Assembly: GCA_036867785.1 (NCBI GenBank)
Contig: CP145411.1
Coordinates: 186,001-250,000 of the forward strand
Direction: 5' to 3'
DNA length: 64,000 bases
DNA from: Plasmodiophora brassicae
Taxonomy: Eukaryota
Each line of letters opens with the position of its first letter. The stretch's first letter is position 1. This document shows positions 14,590 through 26,149 of the stretch, one piece after another. The notes beneath the pieces are model-generated. The model searched no databases. It saw only the letters and a list, made by a program, of their open reading frames with translations, and was not told where the DNA came from. A program made the translations under genes and the position numbers.

Positions 14590-16605
14590 ATGTGGGCCCA
14601 CGTTCGTCACAACGTCCAGCCGATCGTGGCCCTATCGGCCCTGGTCCTGTTGGCGTCGTCCATGTTCCTGGCGTCGTTCCTCAACGACGTGTGGCTGCCA
14701 GCGCCGCGCGCGGCATCGTCGACGCCAGCCAGCGAGTTCAGCGAGGATCGCGCCGTGCCGTTCCTGCGGAACCTGACCGTGTCGATCGGCACGCGCCCGT
14801 CCGCTACCCCCGCCCTGTTCCACGCCCGACAGCTGATCATCGACACCATCAACGATATCGTCGCCCGGCGGTCGGCCCCGTGGGCCGTCACCGTCGACCC
14901 GCCAAGCAGCAGCGGCGAGCCGGCGCCCCCCATCCAGAATATCGTCGTGTCGGTCCGGCAGGCGTCGAACGCGGGCGCCGGGGACCGCGTCTCGAACCCG
15001 ACGCTTCTGCTCAGCGCGCACTACGACTCGGTGCCGTCCGGCCCCGGGGCGACGGACGACGGCGCCGGCGTCGCCATCGTTCTCGAAACGCTCCGCAACG
15101 TCGTCAATGACGACACGGTGGACCTGTCGGCCTGGGACCTGCTGGTCGTCCTGTTTGACGCCGAGGAGGTCGGCACGGCTGGGAGCCAGCGCTTTCTGGC
15201 GACGGCGGCGTCGACCTGGATCGACTTCTCGCGCGACAACGTCTTGATGAACCTGGAAGGATCGGGGACGGCCGGGAAACTGACCGTCGTGCGCGGTACG
15301 AGCGCATGGGCGCTCCGACTGTTCGGCGACGCGGCGCCGAGGCCGTATGGGTTCTCCCTGACGCAGTTCATTTACAATAACCTGTTCCTGGCCGGGTACA
15401 CCGACCTGGACACGTTCCTGGCGTCGCATTCGATGCATGCTGTCGAGCTCATTGCAGTCGACCAGCGGTTCCGGTATCATACGAGATCGGACGAGTTCGA
15501 CTACATCCAACCTGGGGCAATCCAGCACGCGGGTGACAACGTACTGGCGTTCGTTCGGCAAGTCGTGAAGACCGACCCGAACAAGGTGCCCCACGTGCCT
15601 CCAGTCCTGGCCAAGAGCAGGTACAGGACGGTGACACTGGAGGAGTTCCAGTACCAGACGTTGTACGGCGTGACGATGGCTGTTCAATCGTTTATGGTCC
15701 AGGTCGTGATGACCGCGGTAACCGCCACGATCGTGATCCTGTCCGTCCTGTTCGTTGCGAGGCGAGACTTGCGGGCGTGCCTCTCAGCGGGGCTACGTGA
15801 ACTCGGGACCATCTTCGTGAAGATCGTCGTCTGCCTGCTGGTGACAGCGGCCGTGTCTGCGGCCGTGGTCGGTGTTGCGTCTGGGGCAGACTGGCAGACC
15901 GACCGGGGCATTCGCGCATCCTTCATTCTGGTCACGTGCACCCTCGTCTGGTTCGCGCTAGAAATGTACATTCATCGGCACCGGCCTCGCGAGGCCCTTA
16001 TTCAGCCGTTCGACCGGTCCGCCCGGTTGTCACTGGTAGCTTACGAACTTCGCCCGGTTGACGTCGCCCAACAGCGGCAAGCGTCACCGGCACGTCCGCC
16101 AACGTCGCCTGTGTTCCATGTGGAGGAATCGGATCGAACGGATCTGATCGCCGTTGCCTTGTTCGAACTGCTACTGATCGCGATCCTGTCGTTCACGGTG
16201 GCCGATCTCGTTCTACTGGCGCAAGTCGCTGGCATCTGCGTTGCCTGTGCTCTGCTTGTCGATGACGTGTACGAGCGCAAGATCCGACGAGATCTAGGTG
16301 ACAGGGCGCCCGTCTACTCGTGGGTGTACTTTTTCATTCGGCACGTGATCCTCCTCGTCCCGTTGTTGTTCTCCATCGAGCTGATCGTGTTCATGGGACC
16401 CAAACTGCCGTTCTACCTCGACGCGATGCGCATCACCTGGGCGTCGAGTATCGTCTTCTCCTTCACGATAACGTTGTTCGTCCTGCCTGTCCTGGACCCG
16501 TTGTTTCGAACGTTAAAGCACAACCACCTGGTAGTTATTGCCTTGATCGGCGCAGCGTTCTGCGCCTTCACAGTCGCTGCAATCGCTTTTCGAACAACTC
16601 ACTAG
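14590..16605 (+). CDS. M28 metallopeptidase, ERMP1/vacuolar membrane protease-like, multi-TM (intronless)
   Basis: N-terminal TM; SAHYDSV, GATDDGAG, DAEEVG, NLEGSG and YHTRSD zinc-ligand motifs; several C-terminal TM helices. Confidence 0.9.
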   Translation: MWAHVRHNVQPIVALSALVLLASSMFLASFLNDVWLPAPRAASSTPASEFSEDRAVPFLRNLTVSIGTRPSATPALFHARQLIIDTINDIVARRSAPWAVTVDPPSSSGEPAPPIQNIVVSVRQASNAGAGDRVSNPTLLLSAHYDSVPSGPGATDDGAGVAIVLETLRNVVNDDTVDLSAWDLLVVLFDAEEVGTAGSQRFLATAASTWIDFSRDNVLMNLEGSGTAGKLTVVRGTSAWALRLFGDAAPRPYGFSLTQFIYNNLFLAGYTDLDTFLASHSMHAVELIAVDQRFRYHTRSDEFDYIQPGAIQHAGDNVLAFVRQVVKTDPNKVPHVPPVLAKSRYRTVTLEEFQYQTLYGVTMAVQSFMVQVVMTAVTATIVILSVLFVARRDLRACLSAGLRELGTIFVKIVVCLLVTAAVSAAVVGVASGADWQTDRGIRASFILVTCTLVWFALEMYIHRHRPREALIQPFDRSARLSLVAYELRPVDVAQQRQASPARPPTSPVFHVEESDRTDLIAVALFELLLIAILSFTVADLVLLAQVAGICVACALLVDDVYERKIRRDLGDRAPVYSWVYFFIRHVILLVPLLFSIELIVFMGPKLPFYLDAMRITWASSIVFSFTITLFVLPVLDPLFRTLKHNHLVVIALIGAAFCAFTVAAIAFRTTH

Positions 16606-16636
16606 CTTCAGTGAGAGATTACACATCCCAGTAGTT

Positions 16637-18569
16637 TCATGTTGGCATTTTAGCTGATCGTAACCGTAGTAGGCGTAGGGCGGAGTCGAAATCGCATCGC
16701 GAGACACACCGGGAATCCATGTCGCGTCGAAGAGCGGCCAGCGCCGCCTCCCCACATAAACCTTGCAAATCAGCAGGTGAGAACGACGCCGTCGGGGTAC
16801 TGGACAGCGAAGCAAGATCAACGTCTGGCGCCAGTGGTATGGACTTGGTCAACGACAGCAGGATGTCCAGACGAGCAGTCTCCTCAGGCAGTCCGAGCTC
16901 GATTTGGTGGTCCAGCCTTCCAGGGCGGATCAGCGCGTCGTCCAGCGCGCCTCGTATTGACGTTGTTGCGATAATAACCACCGGCGCCGGATCAACGCTT
17001 GACACGCCATCCATTTCGGTCAGCAGGCAACTTAGAATTCGATCGTGTGTCCGGCTGCCTCCGGCACCACGCCTCGGCGCGATCGCTTCAACTTGGTCTA
17101 TCAGGATAATGGCAGGGGATGCCCGTCGGGCGCGAGCAAACTATGACAACCAAGTCGGTCAGTGATTCATCACAGGCAAGCGACGCCTAGCGAAACCTTA
17201 CCAGGTCCCGGATGGCACGCTCGGAGTCGCCGACGACGGCTGAAACTAGATCACATCCACGAGCTTCAAACACGGTTGCTCTCGCTTCTGAAGCAATGGC
17301 CATAGCGAGCGTGGTCTTGCCAACGCCAGCGGGACCGTACAACAGGACGCCACGAGGTGGCCGGATGCCGAGCCGTTGGTACGGCGACGGGTTCGTCAGT
17401 GGTGTCAGAACCGCCAATCGAAGTCGTGCGAGAACATCATCAGCACCTTTTAACTCGGAAGCGCGTATCACAGGCTTCAGCTGCTTTCGATCGAGGACAC
17501 TCTTCCAGTCATCAAGGTTCGCTCGTTCCGCTCCGCGCCCAATGGCATTTAGACAAGCGTCTCTGAGCAGGCGTCGAAGATCGTCGAAAGACATTCCACA
17601 GGACAGGTTGCTGACGAAATCCGCATGACTCGAATCGGCTCCCATGTCCAGGAGCGCCTTGCGTCGCGCATCAGCATCCGGCAAACGAACTTGGATAACA
17701 CGATCCAGCCGAAGACTACGACGAAGGAGACGCGGTACCAGCGACGAAGACGTCACAGGAGCGACGATAACAATGGGCAGACCGCTAACGTAGAGATCGT
17801 CTAAATTCCGAGCAAGGGCGCCGGACAGGCGTTCAGAAGCGTTGGACGGGGACGACAGAATCTCGATCTGGTCCAATAAAACAGCGCGAGGTCGGGCTTG
17901 ACAAATCTTATCAAAGTGCTCTCGGAGCAGGCGCTCCCCTTCGCCACGAAAAGCCGCGAATAGGGAGGGCACAGAGATGGTGTGCACAGGAGCCTTCAGC
18001 GTGACCGCATCAGGGGTCTCGACAATTACGCCAGTAAACTCGGTTGCCCCTGACATTATTGCGTCCAGCTGGGCAATTCCAGTTGGGAAAGCAGACGGTG
18101 GCGGGTCAGAGGGACCTTGGAACACGATTTTCGATTCGTGGGCAACGCGCGCAGGTTGTGCCAGACAGTCATTGGACCCATTGACTGATATGATGTGAAT
18201 GTGGGAATCCATGAAACCAACTGGAATGCAGTGACCTGGAACGACAACGGTCCCGTGAAGCAGCGTCGTCATCAGATCGGGTGTGATTTCGGGCTGAATC
18301 GGTCGAACCGCAACCGTTTTCGCGACTGGGACGGCCCCTGTCACGACGCGACTCACGGCAATGGATGACGTGGTCGTGTCGAGCGCCGAGACTAACGCTT
18401 CCCCTAGCGAGACGACCTTGCCGACGGTGCCGACGACAGTGGCAATCAACGGCAACGGCGACGATGCCAGCAGTACTGTACTGCCGGACGGCATATCCGC
18501 CACATCGTCGGGTACGCAGACCTCCCGTCCCGCTACAACGACATCAATGTGCAACAGGCGTCGCTCCAT
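16637..18569 (-). CDS. Type II AAA+ ATPase, CDC48/AFG2(SPATA5)-like, with degenerate D1 (intron ~17143-17201)
   Basis: D2 has PRGVLLYGPAGVGKT, LTEMDGV and LDDALIRPGRLD. D1 retains GEGERLLRE and RLDRVI but has no Walker A. Confidence 0.8.
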
Positions 18570-19196
18570 CCGATGACGTCGCGCGAGCGACTCGGGACAT
18601 CGGCAGCTTCGGAATTGCTGCGACTGGCGCACTCCGACGCACCACGGTGCATCCTGGCGTATCGCCGCATGCGTCAGCACGCGGGTGAACAGCAAGCCTG
18701 ACCGGTGGGTTCGCCGCGTCGTGGAAGCCCACCCGGGAGGGTTGCACAGCTCGAACACACACATGCGACGGTCCCGTCCGCGGGCGAGCCCAGTTGTGTG
18801 GTGGTGCTCGTGAATCACGGGTTGCTTGGCGATGTTCAACAATCGTCGAGGGTGACAGGTACGCCTTCAGGATACCGTGGGGCGTTTCCGTTTCGAGCCG
18901 TCCATGCAACTGGTAGTGTGACGGTGCTGCCTTTGCGCTTCATACCGGAACGGCGCTAAACGTAAACGGAATCGTCAATCGCTGACCTTGAAACCGTCCT
19001 TGGTGCTCTGTGCTCGTTGCTCGTCACGTACTCCGCCTGCTAGCGCCGCCACGTGTACCACGTCCCCCCTCCCCCTCCCGCGCCCCACTCGCTCCACCGG
19101 CTAGGCAGCAGGAGGCGCAGGCCCCCTTCGGAAGCGATACAGGACGCTGAGTCACGCTCGGCGGGCATCATCCGGCGGCCGGACATCAAACGGGAA

Positions 19197-20312
19197 ATGG
19201 TGCCGATTCGTCGACAATCACTGGGAGCGATCGCTGCCGTGCTGGCATGCACAGCGGCGACTATCGCGGGACGTGACCTGTTCCCGCATCCCGGCATCTA
19301 CTTTGGTGTGTTCCCCGATCAGCCCATCCAGTCGTCGTTCGGGCGCCTTGCCGTGAACGGACGCTACCCTGCCATGCTCGGCACGTTTCTGCCGTACAGG
19401 AACGTCCTGCAGGATCAGTACCTGAAAGTCATGGCGGAATTCTGTCAAGGCGTCCTGGAGCGCTCCACTGTCGCGAACGTCCATCCACCGATGGTGCACC
19501 TGACAATGCAGCCGGTGGACAGCGGCCCGATCTCTCCTGAACCGCTGCAGGAATTCGCGTCCCTGGTCAGGACCTATGCCAGGAAAGGCCTGCAGATCGT
19601 CGTTCGATGGGCCCCAGAGTTCAACCTGCCCGAGATCACCTGGGGCGGCAACCCTCGGCAGTTCATCGCCAACTGGGCCATGGTCGCCAACGCGGTCGGC
19701 GATTCGGCGGCCATGTTCTGGTGCCCAAATGTCGCCAACGAGGCACTGTCGCCTACCACCTACGACGACTACTACCCAGGGGACCGGTACGTCGACATCG
19801 TCGGCGTCGATATCTACTACGAGATCAGCAAGCAGCCTGACAATGTCAAGACGAACGAGATCTTCATCAAGTCGGTCACTGGCGAGAAATGGCCTCGCCA
19901 GAAGCTGTGGGATTTCTACGACCGGTTCGCGGCGGCGAAGAAGAAGCCTTTCGTGGTGGGCGAGACGGCCGCGTACTGGAAAACCGCCACTGAGAAAGGG
20001 CGCGAGATTGAAGTCAAGCGCACGTGGTGGAACCAGCTGTTCAGCCGGGCGGCCATGGCGCGCTTCCCGCTGTTCAAAGGCGTCCTGTGGTTCAACTCGC
20101 ACAAGCGCGAGGACAATCTCGATACCGACATGCGCATCTTCAACGAGCACGACGACACGAAATCGCCCGTTCTCGTCCGGTTCGAGAGCGACATGTCGTC
20201 GCCAATGAGCAGTGCGATCGTGTTCGCCGATCCAGCCACGACGGCGACCGTCGTCCTTCGTCCTAAGGCGCCTGCCCCTGCGCTGCCATCAAGCGATCGT
20301 CATCCAAACTGA
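19197..20312 (+). CDS. Secreted glycoside hydrolase family 26 (beta-mannanase-like), intronless
   Basis: Signal peptide MVPIRRQSLGAIAAVLACTAATIAG; VRWAPEFN (acid/base Glu), FWCPN, YYPGDRYVDIVGVDIY, KPFVVGET (nucleophile Glu), VLWFN. Confidence 0.85.
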   Translation: MVPIRRQSLGAIAAVLACTAATIAGRDLFPHPGIYFGVFPDQPIQSSFGRLAVNGRYPAMLGTFLPYRNVLQDQYLKVMAEFCQGVLERSTVANVHPPMVHLTMQPVDSGPISPEPLQEFASLVRTYARKGLQIVVRWAPEFNLPEITWGGNPRQFIANWAMVANAVGDSAAMFWCPNVANEALSPTTYDDYYPGDRYVDIVGVDIYYEISKQPDNVKTNEIFIKSVTGEKWPRQKLWDFYDRFAAAKKKPFVVGETAAYWKTATEKGREIEVKRTWWNQLFSRAAMARFPLFKGVLWFNSHKREDNLDTDMRIFNEHDDTKSPVLVRFESDMSSPMSSAIVFADPATTATVVLRPKAPAPALPSSDRHPN

Positions 20313-20355
20313 TCTCTCGACCATTTGTCCAATGTAAAACGGGGAACATGTCGGG

Positions 20356-20499
20356 TCACTCAGCATCGGTCGTCGTCCATTCGGCAGCGAAGACCTCGTA
20401 CCCGTTCCTCCAGGATGCGCTTCAGGTCTGCCTGAAGCGTCGAAACATGCGTCGTCCCGGTTCGTTCTTGACGACCGACAACGATGCCGATTCCCTCAT
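20356..20499 (-). pseudogene. Collapsed copy of the BTB-TLDc gene at 50411-52087 (5' end fused to 3' end, frameshifted)
   Basis: The reverse complement matches 50411-50503 (..cttcaggcagacctgaagcgcatcctggaggaac) joined directly to 52043-52087 (tacgaggtcttcgctg..gctgagtga). About 1.5 kb is missing and there is an early stop. Confidence 0.85.
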
Positions 20500-20717
20500 A
20501 GATGGCCGTTGACCACTGGACCTACGTATGGGATCCAGTTGGCAGTCGAGCAACCGTACTTATAGATAGCAGGCACTCTTCGCACACATTCGGTGTATGT
20601 GGGTATCCATGAACTACGTCACCACTGCCGTACACGCCCAACCTACTTCAGAGGTCGTAATTGTAGTGCCCGAGTAGTATACATCACAATCACATCGAGG
20701 AAGTTCATTGCTAGAGG

Positions 20718-21562
20718 TTAGTTATTGTCGTCATCGTCTTCGTCGTCGTCATCGTCGTTGTCGGCATTGTTGGTGCTGTTATGCAAGAGCCAGTTCAGCG
20801 ACAACTCAAGGTTGTTCCTGACTCACTGGTCAGCAATGGCGCTTCTGCTCATGCCATTAGGTAGTAATGCTATTACCTGTGATGTATCAGGGCTCGCCGC
20901 GCCTGGTCAGCTCTGAATCCCATATCCTTCGTACCGATCAAACAAGGTCCCTAAACGCGGTCCACCCCGGGATTGTACCTCAAGCTGGCGAACTTTCGCA
21001 GCATCGGGCGACTGTGGCGGGCGAGGCCTATCAATGTCACTAGACTGGCCCACCTGAGGACACTTCATAACGTTACGGGCCGAACGGCTGATCGAGAACA
21101 TCGACCTACCTGGACCAATCGCGCTCGGCTCGGCTCGACCGGGACGCGTCTGGACCGTAAGTGCTCGAACGATGCTCTACGTTGTTCCCGTCTCGAATGC
21201 AGAATCGACTCGATGCGTGCTGTTCCGACGGCGTCCTGTCGTCAACGAGTTGAAACTTTCGCCAAATCGACCGCAAGAGGAATGACAACCTTTAGCAACT
21301 GTTCGTGGAAAACACTCTGGTGGCGTCTGTGCGAGAAGAATACGACAATGTTGTGGATAATGTTGTCGCCGCCGGTGAGGAACTTGTCGAGTCGTGCCGA
21401 GTCTGGGGACATGATCTTTCCGGCGAGCACAAGAATCTGGCCGGCGACCGGGACGGACCACTGCTCCGCCAGGACCGCCTTCAGGCTGCTCAGTGACGCA
21501 TCTGTGCTCGACAACTCGAACGACGTTGTCACTCCCGTCAGCGTGTGCACGCGGATATGCAT
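20718..21562 (-). CDS. UBL-UBA protein (ubiquitin-like N-terminus, C-terminal UBA, acidic tail; ~4 introns)
   Basis: MHIRVHTLTG..LKAVLAEQWSVPVAGQILVLAGK is ubiquitin-like. Splicing GT-AG introns gives DAAKVRQLE|DMGFRADQARRALIHH|RNNLELSLNWLL (UBA MGF motif), then NDDDDDEDDDDNN*. Confidence 0.75.
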
Positions 21563-21879
21563 GATAACGTCGGTCCTCGCGAGTAGAGCGCCAACGCTCC
21601 CCTCTGTGACGAACACAGCGACATGATTCAAGAATGTACGCCTTGTTGAGAGTGCGCTGGAACTACCACTCTACATGGTCAGAGCTGGATAGCTGCCATG
21701 GAGAATATGGCGCGCATATGTGAACTTCAATAGCAGTTTGCGAACGTTCTACAGCTACAGAGCTATCAACTGTGTACGGGTGGGTAGCCCGCTATGAATA
21801 CCCTGGCCGACATGATCATGGTGACCTGCCCAGCATCCAGCACTACCATAGGGCACTCTTCCATCCAAAGTACGTCCGG

Positions 21880-22541
21880 CCGCCATCATCGCAGAACACA
21901 CCGTCTTCGGCATCACGTCGTTCCACGCAACAGGCCCAATTTGCGAACTGAGTTCGTGAATTCTGCGATGTCGATCGGAGCTTCTGAATGGTTACGGGAC
22001 AGATCCCATCAGACCAGGTAGGCCAACATCACTGCGTGAAGGCGGCTCATCTGTGGGACTATCGATGCCGGAAAGCGCTGCCGGCGTTCCATCTCGCGAA
22101 GGCAGGCATTGACGACCCTCGAAACAGGAGCGACACTGAAATCGCTTTTGATGCCGGGCGCGTGTGCTTCCTCTATCATCCCGCTACGCGCGACGTCGTA
22201 TTCTTCGTTCTCGATCCGGACATCAATCGCCGTCCAGGTCCACCTTCGAAGATCTCCATGGCGCCGCTTTAAAATTCAAGAACGGACGTCGGCCGTTCAT
22301 AGAGCTGTTCGTGTACCTGGCGGCGGACAGTCTCGCCTTCGCGTCCAGGAACCAATCGAAGTCGAGGAACTGGCTGTTACCCGGCGAGTTCAATCAGGTT
22401 CGAACATTCGTGGATGCCGCGATTAGCAGTCTCGACCCAGATGATAGGCAGCCGATTGCGACGCTCATCCAGGAACATGGCACGGAATCTTCAATTAAGG
22501 CCCTTGGTTTGGCCCCGTGGCTTTTACCCGGACGGGGCTAA
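21880..22541 (+). pseudogene. Degenerate HNH_2-type endonuclease domain (Crinkler-like C-terminus)
   Basis: MVTG..VKAAHLW..IDDPRN..EIAFDAG..FFVLDPDI, then a frameshift to STFEDLHGAALKFKNGRRPF. In-frame stops lie upstream and the usual hydrophobic residues after PRN appear deleted. Confidence 0.6.
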
Positions 22542-22654
22542 TTACTGGAAATCATTACCAGAAAGAAGTACGCTGTACCCCACTCGTTGTAGCACAGTGC
22601 ACTGCGCAGCCCAGTGTGCAGTGGGCTGCAGACGTCAGGTACAGGAGGTACTAG

Positions 22655-24381
22655 ATGATGACGGCGTCGGCGCCTGTGGCAGTGTCGCCTGAGGACCCGG
22701 CGGCGTCGTTCGCAGCGACGAAGTTGAATACGCTAGATGAGCTTGCGACGTGGACGAACTGGAAGATCCAGCAGCTGTTCGCGTTGAACGAGTTCGATCA
22801 GTGCCTTACGCTGATTGAGTCTGTTCTTAACGAGTCGAAAGGACAGTCTGAGTTCGCTCTGTACATCAAAGGTGCTGGTTCACTGGGAACATTAGGTACC
22901 TTCTCGTGCTGAGTAAGGGCATGCCAGGCAAAATTATGAAGCACACTGGCCGCATCGACGAAGCACTGGAACTGTTCCAGGCTGCGGCGACGCTTTGCCC
23001 TTCGAATCACCTTAACCTAAAACAGGTCGCTCGGTGCCTCTTTCTGCTGGGAAGGTTCGAAGCGGCGCTGACCGTGTACGAGGAAGCCGAGAAGCTGGGC
23101 GGCGAACAATGGGTGCCGGAGCCTGACCGTTCTTCAGCCTTATTTCTAACTTGCCGTTGTGGACAGGACATTTGGCAGAACAAGGGGCTCTGTCACTGGA
23201 GGATGCGACGGCAACCGGAAGCGCTGGAGTGTTTCCATAGCGCCAACATGATACAGCGGCATGACGCGACCTACCTGCTGATGGGCAAACTGCTCGTAGA
23301 AATGAATGAGTTGCAGAAGGCGATCGCTGTCTATTCGGAAGCCCTCGAGTGCGTCATCGAACACGTAACCTAATTGCCAATGCATCTGATATTTGATCCG
23401 CCAGGTTTTCGCCCGATAACTCTCATCTGTTGACCACGTTGGGACTTTTGTACATGAAGACTGGCGAGAGTTTCAAAGGGTTCGAGAACCTTGGTAACTC
23501 GTTGACGCACGATGCGGGAAACGCTCGCGTATGCAATCGACGGCTGCTTCCAATGCGTGCTGCAGCCACGAGTGGCTAATACGATGCTCAGACGATACTG
23601 GCAGCCGGTTCCATCATCCAAGATCACAATGACACTGAGGTCGCTCTCATCAAATACCGCGTCGCTGCCAAGAAGATCCCAGCGTCCGCTCAGCTGTGGA
23701 ACAACATCGGCATGTGCTTCTATACGAAGCAGAAATACGTCGCCGTATGTTTCCACAGCCCGGGTCCCTTGGCGCCTGTTGACGTGATGCAGGCGACATC
23801 GTGCCTGAAACGGGCATTATACCTGGACCCTTTCGAATGGATCATTTCGTATAACCTCGCCATGACGCACCTGCAGACCCGTCAGTTCGCATCAGCATAC
23901 CACCACTTCAGTGCCAGCATCAATCTTCAACCAGTGCGTGCTTCGGGACGACCGTAGCAGGTCAATCTTCTCAATGTTGAACAGGATAACGCTGCATCGT
24001 ACATGTACCTGGCCATCGCTTTGTCGCATCTCGGAGACGCCGAGAACACCTGCAATGCATTCGCCAAGGCGCTCGAACTCGACAGGTTCGGATTTCGTTC
24101 CGATGCAGTCACCCAATCTTATGATCGGCGCAGTGGAAGCTTCCTCATCAACTTGAATTTCGCAGTCACACTCTTGCAGTTGGGCGACCGGCCGCGATGC
24201 GCTGAACAGTACAATCAGTTCGTCGAGAAGTGGTCACGTCTCGACGAGACGCAGCAGTCAGCGGTAGGTAACATTCGTTGTGTTCAACGAAATCACATAG
24301 TCATTTCATACATGGCAGCACCCTGCTGTCAAGATTCAGAGATCCAAGCTGGAGGCAGCGTTAGGCATTCGACTGGCGTGA
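22655..24381 (+). CDS. BBS4: Bardet-Biedl syndrome 4 protein (BBSome TPR subunit; multi-exon)
   Basis: [57 protein letters not shown] and [19 protein letters not shown] match the BBS4 family. Confidence 0.92.
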
Positions 24382-24480
24382 CGAATGCCAGCATTCGTCG
24401 CCAGTTTCTGTTAATAAGTCGACAAGATGGCCACGATGGAACGGGATTAACATCATCGTCTGCCACACAATTGTATTTAT

Positions 24481-25773
24481 TCATGACCTTCCTATTAGCT
24501 CTGGTAGAATCTCGGCGCCAAACTCCCACCGGAATGGTTCCCGACCGGTCGGATGCCAATACGAGGGCGTCATCCACGCCTCCCTGTCGAGGTTGACCAT
24601 AGGCGCGCAGATGAACGTCTTGGGTTTCGGTTCGTGTACCGGGAACGTGCCGATAACTGGCACGGATGTTTCGGCCAAACCTCGAAGCGGGTACCCGAGC
24701 ATTCGCGAGAATACGAACTCCTCGTAGAACACGGTGACGGCCGGGTCAATCAGGATGTTGCCGGGACCGGAATCCCAGACATCCTTGCAGAAGAGGAAGC
24801 ATTCCGAGGCCATACACATGCCATCGGTGCCAGATCGGAACCTGATCCCCCGCGCGAACACGTCGGCGCTGATGACGGTCAGCCCGTTCCAGCAGGAATA
24901 CACAGGGATCGGCAGGCCCGCTTTCAGCCGCTCTATATCGCTGGAACGCTGGAAGTACGGGTAGAACCCGGACACCTCTTGGCCGGCCATGTCGCGTGTC
25001 ACCCAGATGTCATAGAAGAGCATCTTCGAGTCGGGAGTGGCGACGAAATCCATGGCGCACACCATCTCGACCTGGTCGCCCAGCGCGATCCGCTGCGCTA
25101 ACCGGGCAACATCATCGGCGCAGAAGAACTGGAACACATCGTTAGCGTAAACGGGTTCGCATGCACTGTACGCGTCGACACGCACCACGTCGTTGATGAA
25201 GACGACAAAGTCGGCCGCGAATTCGCCATTGTACAATGGCTCCATGACGATATTCCTGACGGTCGCCAGGAAGTCGATCCGATGCTGTTGCTTCCCGCGC
25301 GAGTTCATGTCGGATTTGAGCGCATGCGGGATCCGCCTGGCCGACAGAATCCTTTGAAGGACACGCAACCACTGTGCGGTCGTATCCAGACTACCGCTCT
25401 CGTAGATGGAGACGAACATTCGATCGGGGCCGAGCGCAGACATCAGCCGCTCCAGCTGGGCAATGATCGGCCCGACAACGTTCTCGCTCTCGTGCAGGTT
25501 CAAAGCGAAATAGTATTTGCCGGCGGGCATACCGAGCGTGCCGTTCGGGTATCGACGCGGGCACAAATCGGCCACGGGCACCGGGACGACCCCGTGCCAC
25601 CTCGTCTGTGCAACCTCGTAGTCGAACGACGCGTACAGCAGGACGACCAGGCAGACGAGCGCCGTGCCGATGGCGACTTTGGCGCCGACGTATCGACGGC
25701 CGAGGCGCTGCGCGCGGTCGTAGATGCCGTCCTGGTCCACCCGCGCATAGCCAGCGCGACGCGACCGCAGCAT
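24481..25773 (-). CDS. GT69 CAP59-like alpha-1,3-mannosyltransferase (type II membrane; probable in-frame intron ~25129-25185)
   Basis: N-terminal TM; YFALNLH, FVSIYESGS.D.T, RIDFLATVRN, FINDV|FFC, CAMDF, FYDIWVTRD, VYSCWNG, SECFLFCKD. Confidence 0.88.
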   Translation of the reverse strand: MLRSRRAGYARVDQDGIYDRAQRLGRRYVGAKVAIGTALVCLVVLLYASFDYEVAQTRWHGVVPVPVADLCPRRYPNGTLGMPAGKYYFALNLHESENVVGPIIAQLERLMSALGPDRMFVSIYESGSLDTTAQWLRVLQRILSARRIPHALKSDMNSRGKQQHRIDFLATVRNIVMEPLYNGEFAADFVVFINDVVRVDAYSACEPVYANDVFQFFCADDVARLAQRIALGDQVEMVCAMDFVATPDSKMLFYDIWVTRDMAGQEVSGFYPYFQRSSDIERLKAGLPIPVYSCWNGLTVISADVFARGIRFRSGTDGMCMASECFLFCKDVWDSGPGNILIDPAVTVFYEEFVFSRMLGYPLRGLAETSVPVIGTFPVHEPKPKTFICAPMVNLDREAWMTPSYWHPTGREPFRWEFGAEILPELIGRS

Positions 25774-26149
25774 CCGGCGGTCGCCACGGACTGTGCTGGT
25801 GGACCGCCGCCGACCCCCGCCCCGTGTGCCAGTCGCAGCCCCAGCTCGACCACCACACGTATGCAGGTCGCCCCGCCCGACGCCCGTCTTCGCCCGCACT
25901 TGCCATCGTCGGGTGTCGACCGTCGCGAAACGGGTACACTCGCTGCTCGGGTCGCAAGGGTTGCCGAGGTTGCTGGCCCAGCTCCCGGGCGATATGCCAT
26001 ACATTTACGTCAGCAGACAGGGATCTGGGTTGGCATTGTCACACTTGCCAGAATGGTTTCGTCGTTGCCGTGTGCGCTGTGCACGGGCGCGTTCCATGCC
26101 TTCTTCTGCATCCTGCCGGCAGTCGATCATTTTTGGTGCAGCTTCGCTG

